Positions 37,664-53,258 of a stretch of 64,000 nucleotides of DNA are shown here, one piece after another. A program made the position numbers and the translations under genes. The notes beneath the pieces were generated by a model that saw only the letters and a program-made list of their open reading frames with translations, made no database searches and had not been told where the DNA came from. The stretch comes from Bigelowiella natans CCMP2755 (Eukaryota > Protista > Cercozoa): NCBI GenBank assembly GCA_000320545.1, contig ADNK01001475.1, positions 1-64,000 on the forward strand, given 5' to 3'. Within the stretch, counting starts at the first letter, position 1, and every line of letters begins with the position of its first letter.

Positions 37664-39491
37664 ATGAATGTAAAAGAAGTGCAAACTCTAGATGAAGAAA
37701 CATCCAATTCGAATTTCCTACGAGTTAGATCTACATGTACATGTAATAATTTCAAAAGGAACAAAAAAGAACTGCGAAAACCCAAAATCTTGTCTTCTAT
37801 TTAGTTCTGATGCGACGAATGTGCAGTTCCTACGAGATGTAAATGGTGACGGTTATAAATGTACGACAACTAATTGTCTTCTTAAATCTGATTTGGTTAC
37901 GTCGTAGTCTACCAGATAAAAATAGAAAATATTCTGATTATTATTTGTGCTTATTTTATTATTAGATCTATTTATCATCATCATCATTCTTCTCCTCTCA
38001 GACTGATTCCGACGATGATGATGATCCTACAAGTAGTCTCTTATTAGTCTAGTCGTCGTACATACAGCTGCATGCACAACATGATCCATCGCCGACAGCA
38101 TCAGACAGTCAAGTCACCCTCTCATCATTTCAATACTCTTCTAAATCGAATTAAGGATGGCAGATGATGGTCATCATTCTCTGGCTGTTGTCATCAATTT
38201 CGTGTAATGCCACTACTACCGTGCCTGGATACAGTGACAATTTCGCACTGGGTGGGGAACCAACAACACACCATGCCAGTATCACCAGTAGTCATATCGA
38301 AGACAAAACAGATCGAAACCTTGCAACTCTAGTCTCTATGGGTTTTGAGGATACATCGAAGTGTATTAACGCTCTGGAAACATGTGAGAACAATTTACAA
38401 CCAGCTATAAATCTGATGCTAGAGTGGTCTACAGACGAATTGAGAAGAAAGTACCATATCGGAGGAAGGTAGTAGTAGAATATTGGGACTCGTAGTCCAA
38501 GTATACAATATCCTACTATACAACATATTCCTAGTTTTATCTTCGTGTGTTTTGGTTGAAAGGAGGAGAAAAAGTTCATCTGGAGATCGAGATAAAGATT
38601 TTAGGTTTGAACATCATCATCATCATCATCATTATTCGAATTTAGAATTGATGTAGCATAGCACAATGATGAGGATCCTTTGTTCTTGTTTTATGTGACT
38701 AATTACTAACGTATCTCAATAATAATTGTAGGACAAGATTTGGCTTTAGAAGCCCTGATGGCCACGAGCAGTTGCGAACACTTAGAGCAATGGGGTAATC
38801 ACTACTAGTACTACTGCTGGTAGTAGTAATACTTACAAAATATTGAGTTCAGTACGTATATAAACTATTCTTCGTTCAGAGACGTGAGTGTGAGTACACT
38901 ACTACCCAATAAGATGAAAACTACTCACCTACTTGCCACTACTTCAGATTCCTCGACGTCAATGCGAACTTCGAAGCGTTAAAAACCGCGGAGGTGTTGT
39001 TCATCGTGTTCATCATTTAGTATTAGTATTAGTATTAGTAGTATTAGTATTAGTAGTAGTAGTAAATTTAGCTTCCTAACCTAATCCAACTCTAATAACC
39101 CTGTACACCCTCCCCCCTCTCATCTATTAGGGAAATTTCGAGCTAGCTGTCAATAAACTCGTGTAAGAATAATGAGTAAATGAATAACAAGCAACAAATT
39201 GTCATGTGTGCAATGAAAAGTTCTGTAATATAATTGTGATCTTCGTGACCATGGTCATAATCATCATCATTATCGTTATGATTCGGTAGATCTGATAGAC
39301 GAAGAGAGGACGCTATGCTTCATATGTCAAACCTTGGTACTTCTCTGCTGCTGCTGCTGCTGCTACTACTACTACTACTACTTCTACTACTTCTACTACT
39401 ACTTACATCAACACTTACTGCTACTTACTAAGCTTCCTTGCACTCCAGCTGCTGTTGCCCATGCGTTTGCATTAGCAGTAGCAATAGAAGG

Positions 39492-39522
<31 letters not shown>

Positions 39523-40161
39523 AGAGAAGTAGCAATATACGCCGAGAAGACGACACTATTATTCTTTTAGTAAATGCACACATCTTTTAACACAAGAATA
39601 ATATGCTATTTTGCTCACGGTAGTATGCATTGTTTTGTTGGTTCCGTAGTAGTAGTAAGATCATATGTTGTTGTTTTCATAAACATCATTTTAGAAATAG
39701 AAGGAATGAGGTATACACCTGAGAGGGAGAAACAGGTCCTGGTTATAGTAGCAGTGGTAGCAGTGGTAGTAGTGGTAGTAGTAGTAGTAGTAGTAGTAGT
39801 AGTTGTAGTAGTAGTAGTAGTAGAAGAAGAAGTAGTAGTAGTAGTAGTAGTAGAACAACATGTTGTAGTTGTAGTACTCAGTTGTCCCACGATGCTAACC
39901 TCATAATAATGAAATTCTGCTGTATGAACGTAGTACACACACATATCATACTTTGTATTTTGCGTGCATACGATAAACAAATAATAGTGCCTTTGATAGT
40001 AGTTGTGTGTATTATTATAATAATATAACTCTTTCATATGTAAGATGAAGAAACTACTGGCTATACGTCGAGAAAGAGAAAGAGAAAGGTGTGGTTGAGC
40101 TGTTAGCTAGCTAGTAGTAAGAGAAGGGATGATGATGATGGTCATGATGATTATGATGATT

Positions 40162-40193
<32 letters not shown>

Positions 40194-40332
40194 AATAAAT
40201 ACACTGTGTTAAATTAATTAAGAAAATTGTGATAGATGGTAGTAGTGAGTGGTTTGGGTGAGTGGATACCTCTTAATGTCATGATCATCAAATATGCAGT
40301 AGTAGTAGTAATGTCATGATCATCAAATATGC

Positions 40333-40367
<35 letters not shown>

Positions 40368-40439
40368 ATATTGAGAGATGATTATTTTATGTTTCACAAT
40401 ACTGTATCATCATCATCATCATCATCATCATCGTCAAAT

Positions 40440-40477
<38 letters not shown>

Positions 40478-40852
40478 AGTAAGTAATAACAACAACAGGA
40501 GGAGTCAGTCGTCAATTTTGGCCTCCTCATCATCATTGTAATCATCATCATAATCATTATCACCATCATCATAGATTCAAGAGGCAAGAAGCAAGAGAAG
40601 CAAGATTGAAAAGGTACTACGAGTAGATAAGTAGCTAAAATGGATTGCACTATTACTGGGTGCTGCTAATATTTTTATTAAGGATGATGATGATGATGAT
40701 AATGATGCTATTATTTTCTCTCTCATCACTATTTTGGTGTTTAGTCGTCTATCAAGAGATAACAAGCATTAAGAATATATTATTTTATTGTTTTATTATC
40801 GAGGGATAGCAGCTTCAACATGTCCTTTTTCTTCCTGAGCATCACCTACAAT

Positions 40853-40884
<32 letters not shown>

Positions 40885-40995
40885 ATTTGATTTATCATCT
40901 TTTCTTCCTCAACATCACCTACAATTACTACTACTACTACTACTACTACTACTAATTTGATTTATCATCTTTTCTTCCTCAACATCACCTACAAT

Positions 40996-41033
<38 letters not shown>

Positions 41034-41525
41034 ACTACTACTACTAATTTGATTTTTCATCAATACTAGAGGAAGAGAGGAAGTTAGACGTAACATGACA
41101 AATCTGATATCTCAACTAGAAGAAGAAAAGGTAGTAGGGTTACTATTGTTAGCTACTACTGTGAGTTGTGGTTAAGAGGCTGACGACTACAATAATGCGG
41201 AGTAGTTTGAAGAGTTCATTCTTCCGATAAGATCTCTCTTCAATTCCTAACCTTTCTTTCCTTTACAAATATGATCAAATTGACCTCTCCTGTTTACATT
41301 TGTTGGTGGTATTTCGCATTTGTCGTTTGTAGGACAGTCGACTCACCGCTCCTTTCCTCCTCATCCTCCTCTTCCTCCTCCTCCTCCTTCTTCTTCTTCT
41401 ACTACTACTACTACAACTACAACCACTCGTTGTTCTTCTAAATACTACAGAAATTAGCAGTGTCTTGGGAGAATTTCACTTTGGCTGAAATGCTGCGGAG
41501 ACGTATACACATCCTCAAGCATCGG

Positions 41526-41557
<32 letters not shown>

Positions 41558-41747
41558 CTCTAAGATGATGTTATGGTAGTGTGATTGTATGAAGAGAAAG
41601 AACAAGTTGTGGATGATAATAGCTAACAACGATGATGATTTTTATGGATCAAGTAGTATTGCTCTATCATAATGGAATCACCGAAGACAGAAGATATTCA
41701 TTTACTATACATACGATATATATTGGGATTCATAAACCTACGCACAC

Positions 41748-41784
<37 letters not shown>

Positions 41785-42363
41785 TACTTGGGACGGTAAG
41801 ATGCCTTTGTTGTTTCATAAAATATCATTATTCTCTTGTCCTCCATTTATTTATGCCTTTGTTGTTTCATAAAATATCATTATATTCTCTTGTCCTCCAT
41901 TTATTCGTTTTTTAGCTTTTCATAACCCTAACCCTAAACCCCCCCCCCCCCTCTCTTTCTCTTTCCTTACCTTACCTCAGGTTAGATCCGAAAAACTTCG
42001 ATGCTAATGTAGATGCCGTTGTAATGAGGAAGGAGGTTGGATACCATAGAGGAAGAAGAAGAAGAAGAAGAAGAAGAAGAAGAAGAAGAAAACAACCACC
42101 AACAAGGAGAATAGAAGATTGAGATAGCTTGATACTGATAATTAATTAAGTAGTAATAATCTATTGAATTTGATGTTGTTGCCCATTAGATAGATATGCT
42201 AGCAAGGGACGAAGTTGCTTTAAGATTTTTCCAAACACTAATGGTAACAACGGCAGCAGATATCATGAGAAATCTATTTATTTATTACTTTCTCATGGGT
42301 CAATATGCCATTTATTGCCAATAAGGATTGATATGATTTCTCTGTGATGAAATGCGCAGCAGC

Positions 42364-42394
<31 letters not shown>

Positions 42395-42536
42395 CTAATA
42401 ATAATAGAAGTAAATTACATTTACAATCTCTTCCCGCCTGATATATAATTCGTGTAGCGTAAAGTGCCTTCACTTTAGACGAAGATACTAGTAATCATGA
42501 TTATTACTGGATAAGTAACGACATCAAAGTATCATC

Positions 42537-42569
<33 letters not shown>

Positions 42570-42732
42570 TACATGAGAATACTCATCATTGATACTACAA
42601 CTACTACTACTACTACTACTACTTCTTCTACTACCTTCATTTTAGGCATCGTTTGGAAAACATCTTTTAATACACGACTCCTCATTGATAATACCTCTAT
42701 ACACGTTACCATTATGCCTTAAGCCTATCTCA

Positions 42733-42765
<33 letters not shown>

Positions 42766-43048
42766 AAGAAGAAGTGGTAGTAAACGTAATAATAGTAGTA
42801 AGAAGAGTAATAATAATAAGCAGGTTGAGACTATGATGAAGAAATAACATCATTTAAATAAGTAGTAGTAGTACCTCCTTGCATTTATTAGTCAATTTTC
42901 AGTATGATCATGATAATTCATTCCTCCTTGCAGCTCACATAATATCATCTCACATAGTAGTAGTGTGCTTCCTATTATATGTTGTTCTGAAATGTATGTA
43001 TGTATGTATGTACGTAGTACTGCTGAATAGACATTGAGAACTATAACT

Positions 43049-43095
<47 letters not shown>

Positions 43096-44739
43096 ATAAG
43101 CACATCTATTAGTGTATATTTATGCACAACAGCTAGGGAGAGATATCGTATTAGTTGTTGTTATTGTTGGATATGATAGTAATAATGATGATAATAATGA
43201 TAATAATAATATAAGGCTGCTGGCGGACAATCCCGGTATTTTGGCAAACGAAGAAAAGTTTTATAGCACTATTCGTGAAGCATTAAAAGCTGCAACAATA
43301 GTACCACAGCATAGAGGCAGCATACAAAAAACCACAGCAAAGGAAGAAATTGATGAGGCGGACCAATATGAAGAAAATAAAGGAAAATCTAATGAATCGT
43401 CGTCATCGCCGTCGTTAAGGGGGAGGGGAAAGAGTGATGAGGTTATTGAAAATACACTACCACTCATTCATTATCGATATATTTATTGTTTTCCCTACAA
43501 TTGTTGTTGGGATCATTGGCTATGAGGGCTATTCCTGATAACTGCTACTCTACCTACCACACTATCCATGCTCATGATTGATAATACTGGGAGGAGAGGG
43601 GGGGGGGGAGTTCCTTCATTCTTATTGTGATGTCCTTGCTATCACCCATACTAACATTTTAATATTCTTAAAACATCTAGTAATATACCTCTTGTTTTCA
43701 TCATCTTTCCTATTGACGACTACCTGTGACAATTGTATTTATTAATTGTCATCATCATCATCATCGGTTGTGTGTATGATTAACATATTGTATTATACAA
43801 CAAATATCACAACAGGAAGTAGTTTTTGATGCTGTAGAGGCCTCTCGTTTGGCGCTTCTAGAAAACTATGCGTACATTCGTGGTAATAAGTAGGAAGTAA
43901 CAAATATAGTCGGTAGTTCTTTCTTTATCTGGGTTTCTTCTGTTTGATTGATTGTGTTATAATATCATATATTTCTATGTGAATAATAATCATAGTAGTC
44001 ACTATGGCTGTTTATATGATATACAATATGACTTTTACAACGGTGATTAATATGAAAAAAGAAAAGGGGAGGGGATTACTCATAGAGACTACTTTCTTGA
44101 AAAACAGTAGTAGGAAAACGAAGAAAAGTAGAGATTAGCTTGATTAGTCTCATCTTGTTGTAAAATATTGCTACTACTTCTTCTTATATATGTCCTATGA
44201 ACTCTGTCTTTTCTGTGGTGTATTTATCTATCACTATCACTTCTGACAATATAAAAGTACAATAGGCAGTAGCTGCAACAACACAGTTGGAACATAACTA
44301 TCTACAAGTTGTCATTCTCATCATCATCATCATCATCATCATTCTTATCAGGCAATGCTTTAGCTTTCGCTAGGAAGGAGATTGAAGAAGACCTTCACGT
44401 ACGGAGAAGAAGAACAAGAAGACAAATGGTGTGATGTTCCTGCACCAGCATCAGCACCAGAAGATATAAGAGAATAATACTATGAGCGTTGCATTGTTTG
44501 CTACTACCATTATCTTCCATTTATTACTACTTCTTAATTTACACCACCACCACCAGACCCCTTTTGTCATCATCGATGGACTCTTACGATTCTATTCTAC
44601 ACGAACGTTATTAGCACATGTCGTCGTGATACTTCTTCTTCTTCTTCCTTTTCTATGTTATTGGTGATGTAAGAGTGGGGAGCATTATGATCCAACAACA
44701 GCATCTGAGAGAGAGCTGGTAGCATTGGTACTACACTAA

Positions 44740-44777
<38 letters not shown>

Positions 44778-47700
44778 TAGTCAGTACTCCTTGATGATTC
44801 TCGCTATTACTCCTTCCAATATAATTCTATACAACTATCTACAGCTTTGTACTTTCTTTGACCTCCTTTAACCCTCCAAGTACCTTCTAATTATATATTC
44901 TTTGATATGCTCCAATCATATGCCACAGTGATCAATTCATCGTAATCGATCGATCAGCAGATATATCATCATATAACTGAATAATTGATCATTATGGATG
45001 TCAAGGTAAAATGTGAAGCTAACCGTGTTATGTCACTCTCGGGTAACGAAAAAGACAATCCGAATAGGATGAAGAAGGTATACACACGCATAAGAACAAC
45101 GACAACAACAACAATACATATATCGTTGGGAAGAAAAATAATGAAATGGAAGAGGAGGAGGAGGACGAGAAAAGTGTTGATGCTCTTTGAGTAGTAGAAG
45201 GAAGGGGGGGAAAGGAGAAGAGAGATTATATGTTTATCATCATCTTCTTCTTCTTATATACTTGACCCTTCCTTCGATTCCACCACTACTACTACTGATA
45301 CTACTGCTACTACTACTGCTACTAATATCCATGTACAACAGCAATCCCAGTAGCTAGTGATATAATCTCATGCTCATCAAGGATGATGATGATAATAATA
45401 ATAATAATAGTAAATTGAATATCAAGTACTGTGACAACTATCCATCCATTTCTCCTCATCATCACCATCTCTTCAATTAACCCTGATGTTCTTCTTCCTT
45501 CTTCGTTCTGTACTGCTCACAAACATACATACATACCTCTTGTTAGGATGGAGAAGGATTGAGTAGTAGCAGCAGCAGCACTCATCGTCGTATAGAGGCT
45601 GTTCGTCAAAAAGTCATCGCTGAAATGGGGGGGGGATTGGCAAAGAAGGCATCATCATCATCATCATCATCATCATTATTTCCTTCTTATTCTTCTTCAT
45701 CCTCTATAAACTCTCAACCATCATCATCATCATCATCTACATGGCGGCAAGAAATCAACAAGTGACAACAACAACAACTACCATATACAATATACATACA
45801 TACATACACACATACATACTTACATAAAAAAGAGTTGGCTTTATTGTCCTCTCAAGGGTCATGATCATGATTATTATTATTAGTATTAGTATTAGAATTA
45901 GTAGTAGTAGTTGTAGTAGTTGTAGTTGTAGTAGTAGTAGTAGTAGTAGTAGTTTGAGAAAATGTAAAGAAAAATAGAAAGGTACATTATTAATAGAGTT
46001 TGATGATGAGTAGTACCTTTGTTTCCTTCTTTAGCCGATGAAATGAACAAAACTATTGTTGTTTGGCAGGTTACTACTACATGTTTCTAGTACTGCTCCA
46101 TTGCTACTATTAAGTGCTACTTAATACTGCTACTACCATTGTTGTTATTATTGTTGTTCTTCTTTTTTCTAACAAACTATGATATACCTTTCTCTAACGA
46201 CAGGATGAAAGAAGCTGAGTCAAAAGGCAAACTTGATGCAAGAATAAGACAAAGAAGATATCAATCACAAAATCGAAGGTAGGTGCTGCTAAACGGTAGA
46301 TTTTATAGTACAACTTGTCATCATCATTTGTCCTCAGATAATATTTATAGTACAACTTGTCGTCATCATTTGTCCTCAGATAATATTTATAGTACAACTT
46401 GTCGTCATCATTTGTCCTCAGATAATATATTTCTCCCTCTCTCTCTCTCTCTCTCTCCCCCCTTCTCTCTTTATCAACCACTTCCTCCTTGTCTCGTGAA
46501 AAGAAAGATGCGGACTGAATGATATCCATTGAACGTGTTGTACTGTTCTCAAGCTGTGATGATTTTGATGATAATGATGATGATGATGATGTTTTATGCA
46601 ATTATATAAGGTTGTTGAGAGAGAGGCAAGCTATAGCCTTGAAAGGATATCTTAATGCTGCTGCTTCTTCTTCTTCTACTACAAACGCCTTCTATTCTTC
46701 TTCAAACATGGGAGGAGGGATGAGCAAGAATGTAGTAGCTACGATAAGGATGATGATGATGATAATGATGATGATCATGATCATGATCATGATGGTGATG
46801 GTGGTGGTGGTGGTGGATTTCTAGATTTTTAAAGGACGTTATTTGTATTTTGAGTTGCTATTCTCTTTCTTCCTAGTTGCAGCAGCAGCAGCAGCATATA
46901 GATGTGCTCTCTCCTCCTTTTGATGTAAAGAGTATGGATGGATCGCAGACACTGGTGGATGTTGTGTTTACTTATAACAGAAGAATCTAGATAAACCTGT
47001 CGTATGATGAGTAGTCGGTCGTATAAGATAATGTCATCGATGATGATACTGCTGATTGATTCTGTAAATGTGATTGAGAATGATTAAAAGTAGATAGATA
47101 CTTGCACACCGCCACCGTATTGATAGAAAAGAATTTGTACAAATCCTATAAATATATACCACACTATTTCTGTTACCAGATCAAAGAAGTAGAGCTTAAA
47201 CTATCGTTTGGAAGAAGGTGGGGAGAGAGGAATTATCATACCCGCAATCATGATGGCATGTAGTACCAGTAATTCGTAATTTCTTGATATTCTTCCTCCT
47301 CTATCTTCTTGGTTTTGACTAGTTCTCCATAGCCACTCACTAACTTACTACTTCTTCTTCTAAAAAGGTATGGTTTGGTTGCTCGCAATGGGATGGGTAA
47401 GACAACGCTAATGAGGATGATAGCTGATTATCAGGTCACGCAGTAGAATTAGTAGTAGTGGTAGTAGTAGTAGTAGTAGTAGTAGTAGTAAAGTAAATGA
47501 TGATTTTAGCAAGTTAGCAAGCAGCACACGCTACAAATATTACTTCTATTTACTATAACTACTAATATCTAGAGCTTTAACCATCCTTATTATTATGTGT
47601 TACAACATTTATTCATAGATAAATTAAATTTCCATATTATTATTCAGATCAAAGGGATTCCAAAGCAAATGAGGATATTGCTAATTGAGCAGGTATAATG

Positions 47701-50700
47701 TAATAGCATATTACTGATTCAACAGGTTAAAATTGTAATAGAGGAGGGAAATTAGTACTCTTGTAAATATCTCTCCACGCCCCTTATCCATTGTGTGTGC
47801 GTGGGTAGAGTATTGCTATTGATGATAATGGTGCAAAAAATGTCAAGAGTATGTGTGCTCGTGATAGAACAGAAGATGATGATAAATTTCCTCATGATAT
47901 ATTCTTTTGTGTATATCAATCTTCAAATCGATTGCTTCATCATGGTCGTTCGGTACGTAGGAATTGGAGGAGGCAGTGTCTATTCCTTCTTCTTCTTCTA
48001 CTACTTCTTCTGCTAGTAATGCGGAAGGGAGATGTCGCAAAACAGTATTGCAAAGAGTCTTAGAGGCAGACTATGAGCGGTAGTGTTAAGTAGCTACTAC
48101 CAAGCTAACGTAACATATTGTACTACCAACCGCTACTAGTTAGTAGTAGTTGTCATCATCAGTGTATGTGTACTACTACTACTACTACTACAACTACTAC
48201 TACTACTACTACTAGTAGTAGTATAAGCAATCTGACAATGATGATAATTATAAATAGAGTAATGATAAATGAAATAATAATAATAATAGTAACGATAGCA
48301 TTTATTCGCGATATAACTTCGTTTCACCATACAACAGGGAACTGCTTCTGAAGGAGGAAAAGCGACTATTACTATCTTCATCATCCAAACCTGCTACTAT
48401 CCTATCATCATCAGAAAATGATAATGATCACAATAAGAGGGATGATGATGATGATGATGATGATGGTGAATACCAAGGTTGCTTGTTCTTTTCATGCGCT
48501 GCTGCCGCTGCTATATATCCGGCAACAACTACTTACTACTACTTTAAACAGCAACAAGCAAACATATAAGTTTCTTTAATAATGTGTGCTGTGTATTATT
48601 GTATGAGTTTTCGACGATTTTCTTGTTGTTGATGTTTTTTGTATGTCACTACAAAAATGTAGTCATCCTTATATTTAGTCTCCTTTTGCTGCTGCTGTTC
48701 TACGATCACTACATCCTCATTGATTTACTGATTTGCTGATGTAGGATTGCTGTTGTTCCCTTATCATTATTATTACTACTTTTTCAAAAGATCAAGAAGA
48801 AACACTAATTGATTTGTGGGGGGAGGGAGAAAATGGTTATAACAGCAAACTTTCGGTCAGCGTGCCATCAACAAATAATTTATTACAGCATATTATATTT
48901 ATCACTAATATTCATCATTCGTTGTCGATATATGATGCTGCATACATGCAATGCTGCTCATACTAAAACATACTGTCGTAACAACACGATTTTATATATT
49001 TCCTGGTACTATTTGGTTTATATTGTTGAATGATGAATAAAGAACGACGAAAAGTTATCGGTGATATACGAGCGTATGGCAGAAATCAACGTAGATGATG
49101 CAGAACATAGAGCATCCAAAATACTTTGTGGCCTTGGATTTACTGTAAGCTATTTTTCGAGAGAGAGTAGTAGTAGTAGTAGTAGTAGTAGTAGGGAAGA
49201 GGAGGAGAAGGAGGAGGAGGACCAACAGCAATTGATAACAAGATAAAATTAAATTTTAATTCATTAAGTGGTAGTTGTCAACCTCTTAGATGATAATCTC
49301 CTTTTCACGTTATCTCACCTAGTAATAAGAATGGTTGGCATAAATAGGCAAAGATGCAAAGATTACCGATGAGCACTCTATCAGGGGGATGGCTAATGCG
49401 GGTTTCATTGGCAAGAGGGTAAATAATGTAGGAAGAAGAGGAAGAGGAAGAGGAGAAGGAGAAGGAGGAGAAGGAGAAGGAGGAGAAGGAGAAGGAGGAG
49501 GAGGGAGAGAAAATAGCCCATAATATAGTATAATTTCAATTTGTCATACATAAGTTTGACAGTTTCGAAATTGATTTATAGCATCATCATTATCGTCATT
49601 TAACATCATTATTATCTTTATTTTCATCTTATATTTACCATCATCATCATCATCATCATTATGATCATGAATATGACTAGGTTATTTGTCCAACCAGAGT
49701 TGTTGTTGCTTGATGAACCCACAAATCATTTGGATATGCCCAGCATAATGTGGCTACAAGAATATCTCAATAATTATCCTTCCACTGTGGTGCTTGTGAG
49801 TCATGATAAAGATTTTTTGAATAAGGTGCTTGTAGTCGATTATTATGTAGAGCATTCAGCTATTAAGTATCACTTAATTTACAGATCACTACAGATATTC
49901 TTCACATCGATTCCAACCAAAAACTCACTTCTTATCGAGGTACAATTATGTCTGCGTCTATAATTTAGATGTAATGGGTGTACTACTCGATATTATTTGA
50001 TTTGTAATTGTACGAGTTTCTTTGTTCTATGTTTTCTAGTTCGTGAAGATACATTAGATATTATTGAAGTTATGTATCCTGTACCTACCTTCATTGTTCT
50101 GGCAACAAAATCTTAGGAAATTACGAAACTTTTTTGAGGACAAGATCCAGCACGCATGCACAACAGGCGAAATTGTATATGAATCAGGTGTGTGTGTCTA
50201 TTGTGTGAAAATAATACATAGATGTTGTTCTTGTACGCCTGTTGGCCATTGGGGTCTCATGATGGGGTCTAATACTCCTCACACAGTCATTATCATCATC
50301 ATCATCATCATCATCATCTTCATGTAAGTAATAAATATATCATTCACCGCTAGTATGTGAACATCATTTGTACTATCTACTCGCTAAGTAGCAAGAGGTA
50401 TAACAGTTAGGTATTTATCCTCTCCTTACTACATCATGACACCTACTATTCTCTCCATCAGAAACATAAACGAGAGAAGCTTCTAGAGTATATCTCAAAA
50501 AACAGTGCTAAATCACATACCGCAAAGATGGCAAATAGGTTCCCTCTTGTTATCATGTGCATAGAATGCTAACTGAGATAAGGGATTGGTTTAAACAAAT
50601 ACTACAGAAAAATGGCAGTTAAATAGAAAGCATGATAAATTTATACAGTGATGAGAATTGTATCCGTAGGAAAATCTGAATTAAAATGGATTTCACATCA

Positions 50701-51351
50701 TCAATACAAAGAAATAATATACACACTCAAGACGTTTTCTCCTTTCGATATAAGCGTTTTGTTAATCTCATTTGAATAGTCGGAAAAAGATGCTTCACAA
50801 AATGGAAGAAGTTGACGAAATACAAAAAGAGAAAAGGGTAGCTATTCGTGTATTTAACTATTGTAACAATTCTATTACTTATGTATAAAATAAACACAAT
50901 TATGCCTGTTGCACTTAGATTCTAATACAGCTTCCTCCTGCATCATCACTATCAACAAAGGTACTATGTTTATTGATTGCCAAAGAATGAGGTATACCCT
51001 AGTCTCTTTCATTTGTAATCATGCAGAATTCGATCTCAGTTCTTGATTTATTATCTTTGCATACTATTTATAACTATCACAGGAAAAGGAAGTTGAGTAT
51101 TTGTTAATGAAGCGCGTATCTTTTCGCTATTCTCCAGAGTCTCCATTGCTTATATCAGAATTAGAACTCAAGATTAGGCCTACAACGCGACTTGCTATTT
51201 TAGGAGCAAACGGTCGGTTAATCATTGATGAGCATCAACTTGCTACAGTTTTATACATATCTTCTATTTTATTTATCCTGTATCTTCCTTGTATCATTCA
51301 TCATTTCTTGAGTAGCAGTAGTACATACATCGGCATTATCATCACCGTCTT

Positions 51352-51399
<48 letters not shown>

Positions 51400-52363
51400 T
51401 TCCATATGTATATAGGGGTCGGAAAAACCACTATACTACGACTATTGATTGGAACCCTCTCTCCTATTTCTGGATCAATAACAAGAAAGTATTTTATTTA
51501 TTCTCTATCGTATGTAGCAGTATGGTAATGGTATTAGAAGTGTGGTAGCAGTGTGGTGCCTTTATATCGTACAATAAAAGGGAAACAAATATATGAAAGA
51601 TGATGGTAGTAGTAGCAGTAGCAGTAAAGGTAATGGTAATGATAGAATTTTCTTTTGCAAGTTAATTTTTGGTTTGTTGTTTATGTGATAAGTGAAAGAG
51701 TGAAACTAGCTTACTTCGCGCAACACCATAGTGGTAGTAGTAGTAATAACAGATTATTATATAAAAATCGTCACAACATAGAGTAGTTATATACGATTCC
51801 TAACATATTTTTACACTTCTACCTGATAAATCAAGGAGAGTAAATTCAAAATTTATATATTACAATGATGATAATGATGACCATGCTGACTCTTATTATT
51901 TCTTATTTCTTCTTCTTCAAAATTCTTCATCTTTTTTTTCTTCTTTTCTTCTTTCTTTTACTTTTTTTCCTTCATATATATCTTCTTATTCGTTTATTTC
52001 AAATGTTTCTACGCTCATTCATTCATAAGAATTTAATTTAATCACTATTATTTTGGCTTTGCATAAAATTGGTTGAATCTATGAATACAGAAATTCTCAA
52101 TATGAGCAGCACACCTATCGAGTATTTGTTTCAACAAGAAACTAAACGAAGAATTCGGGTAAAAAGATGAAATAGATTATTTGTTGATTTAGTACTTGCA
52201 CTCGCAGAATAATAACAAAAGAGATTGGAGAAAATAAAGAAGGATGAAGAAGAATTAAAAGAAAGAGAAGAGGAGGATAGAATAAACTACGTGAATTTAA
52301 AAGCTAAAAATATAAATTGTTGAACGCATAAAAATGTATATATTTATAATCTTGGCTGCAGCT

Positions 52364-52406
<43 letters not shown>

Positions 52407-52466
52407 AATCTATCCATCTCTTCCACTGATTTTTTATTTGGTTCAGGATCGACCATGTGTGTATAC

Positions 52467-52508
<42 letters not shown>

Positions 52509-53025
52509 TGCAAGTGCAAAAAGTTGATGCTTGGCTTAAATTCTGTCTTTTGTTTAATTCATTTTATCTCATCGTCATGCAGGAAGAGGAATATAATATA
52601 GTCAAAGGGAAAAAATCTACGTCACGGAGTCCCTCACGTACAAATTCACTCCCTCTGCAATGCCCATCTTTAATACTCCAAGGAGGATACAAAGGTAGAG
52701 AAGATAAAAGAATCAATGAAGAATTCGATGATGAGAAGCAATTAAAGGTAGAAATAAATTAGTAGAGAGCACTAAAATGTGACTAAATCGTAAAACGATG
52801 ACTGTTAGCCAGCATGATCAAGTCAGTGTAGTTAGTAGTAGAAATAATTGAAAGTTTCTGGTAAAGCTGTGCACATAGTACAAAACACGCATACTCACAC
52901 AAAATATATAAACGCACAAACACAAATCGTTCCATAGTTTTGTCGCATACTTAAAAATAAACCAATTTATATCATTAATAAATAAATATTTTTCAATGAA
53001 GCATTCTTATGTCTGTCTAAGTGCT

Positions 53026-53068
<43 letters not shown>

Positions 53069-53223
53069 CTTCATTAATTTCTATTTGTATTCATCATTAA
53101 TATTCAGTCAGAGATCCGTTCTCATTTGGGTCGTTTTGGCATATCTCAAGGTGGTTCCTCAAGCATAACTGATTTTACACAATAACAGCAGTAGAGATGA
53201 TAATCATGTACAAACTATTATGC

Positions 53224-53258
<35 letters not shown>

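Noticed and set aside
38164-39166. Stand-alone secreted 2xUBA gene as the primary model
   Set aside because: The TAA lies inside a consensus GTAAGA donor with an in-phase downstream exon chain; kept only as a possible isoform.
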